This document shows positions 26,525-28,740 of a DNA stretch of 28,740 nucleotides, in pieces. This DNA comes from Fusobacteriota bacterium. GTDB lineage: Bacteria; Fusobacteriota; Fusobacteriia; Fusobacteriales; JBNJFI01. Where the stretch lies: positions 1 to 28,740 of the forward strand of contig JBNJFI010000018.1 of assembly GCA_051746725.1 (NCBI GenBank). The letters are read 5' to 3'. Under the pieces are notes generated by a model. That model searched no databases. It was not told the origin of the DNA and saw only the letters and a program-made list of their open reading frames with translations. The translations under genes were made by a program, and so were the position numbers. Position 1 is the stretch's first letter. Each line of letters begins with the position of its first letter.

Positions 26525-26559
26525 TGAAAGCTTACGAAGCTTCTAAGAAGAAAATTAGG

Positions 26560-26574
26560 TATATATATATATAT
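26560..26574. repeat. (TA)7T dinucleotide microsatellite in the mgtC promoter region
   Basis: TATATATATATATAT at 26560-26574, a few nt upstream of TACTATAAT (26581-26589). Confidence 0.8.
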
Positions 26575-26606
26575 GAAAACTACTATAATCAAGAAAAGGA
26601 GAATGT

Positions 26607-27320
26607 ATGGATTTAACCATAACAGATATGTTTATAAGAGTGGTCCTGGCTGCAATTACAGGCGGAATAATCGGGTTAGAAAGAGAAGTCAAAAGTAAAC
26701 CAGCAGGATTTATAACCCATACACTTTTATGTGTGGGGGCTGCAGTAATATCAATGATACAAGTTAAATTAACTTTCGAGACTTTAACTTTGTTAATAAA
26801 TAACCCGCAAATACCAGAAGGAACAATTGGTTTAGATACTGGACGACTAATAGCGCAAGTTATTAGTGGAGTGGGGTTTCTAGGGGCAGGAACGATAATT
26901 AGAAATAGAGGGAGCGTGAGAGGTATAACAACCGCTGCAACACTATGGCTAACAGCGTGTTTAGGAATAGCGGTTGGCCTTGGATATTTTGTTTTAGCTC
27001 TAGGAACAGCTATTTTAATGACAGTTGTTGTTTTGATTTTGCAACGTGTTGAATTATATCATATAGAAAAAAGAGTAAAAGAAAATATAATAATAACCTA
27101 TATAGCCGATAAAAAAGTAGAAGAAAAAATAAAACTATTTTTGGAATCTAAAAAAGTAAAAATTAGAAAAAAAGAACCTTTAAGCGAGATATATAATGGA
27201 GAAGATTCTGAAAGAAAAACGAAATTTTTAATTATGGTTCCAAAGTTTATAGATTTAAACAATATGTTAATGGAAATGAAAAACTTAGAAGGAGTAACAG
27301 ATTTGACAAAACTAACTTAA
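26607..27320 (+). CDS. MgtC/SapB family membrane protein
   Basis: GGIIGLERE.K.KPAG..TH.L, RLIAQVISGVGFLGAGTI, GITTAATLW, and a soluble C-terminal ACT-like region. Confidence 0.93.
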   Translation: MDLTITDMFIRVVLAAITGGIIGLEREVKSKPAGFITHTLLCVGAAVISMIQVKLTFETLTLLINNPQIPEGTIGLDTGRLIAQVISGVGFLGAGTIIRNRGSVRGITTAATLWLTACLGIAVGLGYFVLALGTAILMTVVVLILQRVELYHIEKRVKENIIITYIADKKVEEKIKLFLESKKVKIRKKEPLSEIYNGEDSERKTKFLIMVPKFIDLNNMLMEMKNLEGVTDLTKLT

Positions 27321-27347
27321 TATTAATTAAATCAGATAGGGGGAAAG

Positions 27348-28544
27348 ATGAAATTAAAAGAAAAAAGTAAAGATGAGTTAATAAAGCTTATTCATGAAAA
27401 AAACGAATTAATAGAAACTCTATTTAATGAATCTAAAAATCAGGAGCAATTAAAGTTTGCTTGGACTAATAATTTAGGGAGATGGTACTGGAATGTAAAG
27501 AATAATACAGTGAAACATAATCCTTTAAAAGTAGAAGCATTAGGATATAGAGTTAAAGAAGTAGGAGAAGTAGGATATCAATTTTTTACTGAAAAACTTC
27601 ATCCGGATGATTATGATAGAGTGATGAAAAAGATGGAAGAACATTTAAAAGGGGAAACAGATGCCTATGAAGTAGAATATAGAATAAGAACTAAAAACGG
27701 AAATTGGAAATGGTATTATGATAGAGGGGCTACTACTAAAAGAGATATGAATGGAAATCCTGTTTTAGTTGCAGGCATAGTTTTTGATATAACAGAAAGA
27801 AAAAAGATGGAAAAAGAGATCAAAGAAAAAAACCAAGAATTAAAAGCTTTGAATGAAAAAAAGAATAGTTTTATTGGCATGGCGGCGCATGATTTGAGAG
27901 GACCTACTGGAAGTGTATTAGGAGTAGTTAGATTTTTAGAAAGTGAATTACAAGGGGATATAACTGAGGATGTCAAAGAATTATTAGAATTAGCTACAGC
28001 TTCTCTAAATCATATGTTAAGATTAATAGATGATTTTTTAGATATATCTAAAATTGAAAGTGGAGAACTAAATCTTAAATGTAAAAAAATAAAATATATA
28101 AGATTTATGGAAAAAATAGTTAAAATGGGGAAAAGTTTAGCTAAAAATAAAAAAATAGATATTGAATTAAAAACTAAAGATATTGATAATATAAAAATCA
28201 ATTTGGACAAGGGAAAGATAAGGCAGGTTTTAATGAATTTTATAGGTAATGCAATAAAATATTCTGAAGAAAAAACTAAAATTACTATAAATATTTATAA
28301 AGAGAATAATTATATAATTACATCTGTTGAAGATCAAGGACCTGGCTTAGATGAAAAAGATAAAACTAAATTATTTAAGCCTTTTGGAACAACCAAAAAT
28401 CAACCTGTAGGTGAAGAGAAAAGTACAGGATTAGGTTTATATATTTCTAAGATGATAATAGATAGGCATGATGGAAAAATTGGAGTTATTTCTCAAAAAG
28501 GAGAAGGAGCAGCTTTTTATTTTAAATTACCTATTTTAGAATAG
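27348..28544 (+). CDS. Soluble PAS-domain sensor histidine kinase
   Basis: PAS_3/PAC (LHPDD, EYRIRTKNGNWKW, DITERK), H-box AAHDLRGP, N-box NFIGNAIKYS, G1 VEDQGPG, G2 STGLGLYI. No TM segment. Confidence 0.93.
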   Translation: MKLKEKSKDELIKLIHEKNELIETLFNESKNQEQLKFAWTNNLGRWYWNVKNNTVKHNPLKVEALGYRVKEVGEVGYQFFTEKLHPDDYDRVMKKMEEHLKGETDAYEVEYRIRTKNGNWKWYYDRGATTKRDMNGNPVLVAGIVFDITERKKMEKEIKEKNQELKALNEKKNSFIGMAAHDLRGPTGSVLGVVRFLESELQGDITEDVKELLELATASLNHMLRLIDDFLDISKIESGELNLKCKKIKYIRFMEKIVKMGKSLAKNKKIDIELKTKDIDNIKINLDKGKIRQVLMNFIGNAIKYSEEKTKITINIYKENNYIITSVEDQGPGLDEKDKTKLFKPFGTTKNQPVGEEKSTGLGLYISKMIIDRHDGKIGVISQKGEGAAFYFKLPILE

Positions 28545-28617
28545 AAAAACCTATAAAAAAATAATAAAGAAAGATTTCCACAGCTAAAAGAAAGAAAACA
28601 GGATTTAAAGGGTCATG

Positions 28618-28639
28618 CATGTGCAAAACATGTGCAAAA
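28618..28639 (+). repeat. Tandem 11-bp direct repeat CATGTGCAAAA x2
   Basis: Exact copies at 28618-28628 and 28629-28639, upstream of the terminal promoter. Confidence 0.75.
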
Positions 28640-28680
28640 GACAAGGAAAGGTTGTAGAAATAAAAAAAGGCAAAAAAGAT

Positions 28681-28720
28681 TAGAAAAAAATTTGACAACA
28701 ATAGATATATATGGTATTAT
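28681..28720 (+). promoter_or_regulatory. Strong sigma70 promoter with A-rich UP element; probably a stable-RNA (rRNA/tRNA) promoter
   Basis: A-tract, TTGACA (28692-28697), 17 nt, TATTAT (28715-28720) with TG extension, then a GC-richer CTTCGTCGTCGAGAGAG start resembling rrn leaders. The target lies outside the window. Confidence 0.7.
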
Positions 28721-28740
28721 TATCTTCGTCGTCGAGAGAG

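Noticed and set aside
26528..26543. AAGCTT-ACG-AAGCTT hairpin after the SNF2 stop as a terminator
   Set aside because: Only a 6-bp weak stem with no U-tract, so support is insufficient.
1012..28210. Numerous short minus-strand ORFs in the six-frame track (e.g. 1012-1356, 12056-12529, 14502-14927, 17080-17274, 27716-27976)
   Set aside because: They lie antisense to well-supported genes or tRNAs, have Ser/Phe/Ile-rich shadow composition and show no family motifs.
1..28740. CRISPR array or other long regularly spaced repeat array
   Set aside because: Intergenic regions are short and none contains three or more spaced repeats.

Overview
Very AT-rich bacterial chromosomal DNA with almost all genes on the + strand. 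The gene order mutS2...ispD...cysS-mrnC-mreB-holB resembles Fusobacteriota from memory (inference, not checked), and the amino-acid and NAD biosynthesis genes suggest a fairly prototrophic organism. Positions 203-17121 form one tightly packed co-oriented run: mutS2, an FtsA/actin-fold ATPase with about five C-terminal beta-grasp/S4-like repeats, a PIN/TRAM protein, ispD, cimA, cysE, a membrane-anchored hypothetical, cysS, Mini-RNase III, mreB, holB, hisH, nadA, leuA and a 55-aa ORF. Next come a tRNA-Val/Asp/Phe/Cys cluster with promoter and terminator, a long GntR regulator plus a GIY-YIG nuclease, and a four-gene thiol-redox operon (flavoprotein disulfide reductase, TlpA, CcdA, thioredoxin-like). 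The window ends with a convergent exported TPR protein that terminates inside a perfect 42-bp palindrome, a SWIM-SNF2 helicase, mgtC with an orphan PAS histidine kinase, and a strong sigma70 promoter at the edge (probably for stable RNA). No CRISPR array, integrase or transposase is visible. The best candidates for under-described biology are the mutS2-linked actin-like ATPase with tandem Ubl/S4-like repeats, the self-contained trans-membrane redox relay whose reductase lacks the His-Glu dyad, shared motif blocks upstream of the two putative stable-RNA promoters, and a (TA)n tract in the mgtC promoter.
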